A stretch of 64,000 nt of DNA, from positions 22,198,001-22,262,000 of the forward strand of contig NC_058383.1 of the NCBI RefSeq assembly GCF_018350175.1, in the 5' to 3' direction. The notes under the pieces are model-generated. The model searched no databases. It had not been told where the DNA came from and saw only the letters and a program-made list of their open reading frames with translations. Below are positions 62,401-64,000 of the stretch, one piece after another (the first letter of the stretch is position 1; each line of letters begins with the position of its first letter). The translations under genes were made by a program, and so were the position numbers. The stretch is from Felis catus (taxonomy: Eukaryota).

Positions 62401-64000
62401 TGACTGGGAAGGGACTTATGCAGCCCGGGGCCCGGCACCTCTTACCCCAAGTGTTGTTACTGCTCTGTTTCTTGCTGGCAATAGCAGCAGGAAAGAACCC
62501 CAGTCAGTCGGAGAGGCAGCTCAAGATCTTGAACAGTATCCCCTCACCACCCACCCCTTTAGCCTTTTCTTCCCCGAGGCGGCCAACCCAGCACCGGGGT
62601 CATGTGCACATCCATTAGGTGTCAACCATCAGCCCTCCTCTCTTCCCTCACCCTCTATCCAGTACCCATGCTGCCTCCTCCAGGGAGCTCTCTGGGATGT
62701 CTTGGGCCCATACTGCTCCCTCCCTCACCAAAACTACAACTGCAAGAAAGGTGGGGACCCCATAGAGGCAACAGGCAAAAGATGAGGTCTCTCCTATGGG
62801 CTTGATGCTAATCTGTGCACTCAGGGAATTGCCAACGTTAAACCACCTCCTGCCACTCTCCCCTTGGCGTGCTGGCTGTGTCTCTGTTCTAATACCCTCA
62901 CAGCCTCAAACTGTATCTTTCCAACAGATGCCCTGATATACTGGAATCCAACAGACGGCTCCTGGGTGCAAACCCTGCCTCCCCCATGTGTTGATTGGGT
63001 GACCAGAGGCAGGTGCTCAGATTCTTTAAGGAATGAGGAAAATAAAATGACTAAGGACGGCAGTGACTGAACACAGTGACCTTGGCTCCACAAGTACTCC
63101 CAGGATCTAAGTCCCCTGCAGCCTCCTCCCCCCACCACCCCCATCACTAGGCTCCAGCCACCCCACTTCCTGTCAGTTCCGAACATAATGCCTAAGCCCA
63201 CCTCTCTCCTCCCTAGGGCCTTTGGCTGTGTTGTCCCTCTGCCTGGCATGTCCCTCCCCTGGATTTCAGGAGCTGGCTCCCTTCTGCTCATCATGCAGGT
63301 CTCAACCAAAAGCTGTCATCCCTGCCCACACCCGAAGGCCACCCTCAATCACAACACTCTGCTGTTTTTACTCTCTTTATGGCCTTTATTGTGGTCTGAA
63401 AGTATTTTGTCGACTTTACCGTCCTCTTTGACTGTTAGAAAGAACTCAGGGGCCACAAGAGCAGGTGTCTTATTTGTAATAGTAAGCAGTGCCCACACAC
63501 AGGAGACACTCTGTTATTGAAGAAGTAGGGAAGCCAATATTCGAACCCAGGCCTGACTCCACAAAGCCCTTCCTCCAAAGCCAGACTATATTGGCCTCCA
63601 ATTCGTACAGGCTCGCAGCAAGTCAATGAGAAAAGCAGGCTGGAGGCTGGTGACTGGAGAGCTAGGTAAGCCCTCTCCCTCTGGATGCTGGGAGTCAAAG
63701 GCAAACCAGGGAGGAAAGGTTCTGGGTCATTTTACACAAGCGACTCATGCCAGGCGCTCGTGCTTCATGAGGTCTACCCCAGGGCAAGCAGGTAGGTCCA
63801 GGACACCGAAGCTTTGTGACCTCTGAAATACCACAGCCAAGGTGAGGCTGGATGTCACAAAACCATCCCAGGCACGTCCGTCCGCCTGTGGCCGCCTGTG
63901 TGGGAGCAGAGCACGGGTAATGCCTGCCACCTAGTGGACACGGCACACGGTCCTGTTTCATTTCGATTGAGCAAGGGTGATGGAATTTTTAAAGTGCATA

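Overview
Mammalian genomic DNA from a carnivore, specifically a felid (young Felis-type Can-SINEs and felid L1 3' UTRs). The window lies inside the protein kinase C beta gene (PRKCB), transcribed on the minus strand. It contains three coding exons: 17645-17489 (157 nt), 16275-16141 (135 nt) and 5615-5519 (97 nt). They have canonical AG/GT sites, splice in frame and encode most of the Ca2+-binding C2 domain plus the start of the V3 hinge, matching exons 6-8 by human numbering as I recall it. The rest is intron: about 33 Can-SINEs, three young L1 3' fragments, old L1M, L2, MIR, MaLR/ERVL LTRs, hAT MITEs and microsatellites. Nearly all entries in the ORF track are spurious or repeat-derived. I found no evidence of a new biological system. 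The best leads are: a probable gene-conversion tract between two L1 copies with different 3' UTR types; three locally templated insertions, one an inverted copy that preserves the empty site of a later SINE; a tandem perfect octamer with CCAAT and GC boxes in CpG-retaining sequence near 56.1 kb; and a perfect DR1 element at 59.6 kb. Repeat family names come from visual recognition and need RepeatMasker/Dfam confirmation, and repeat boundaries are approximate.
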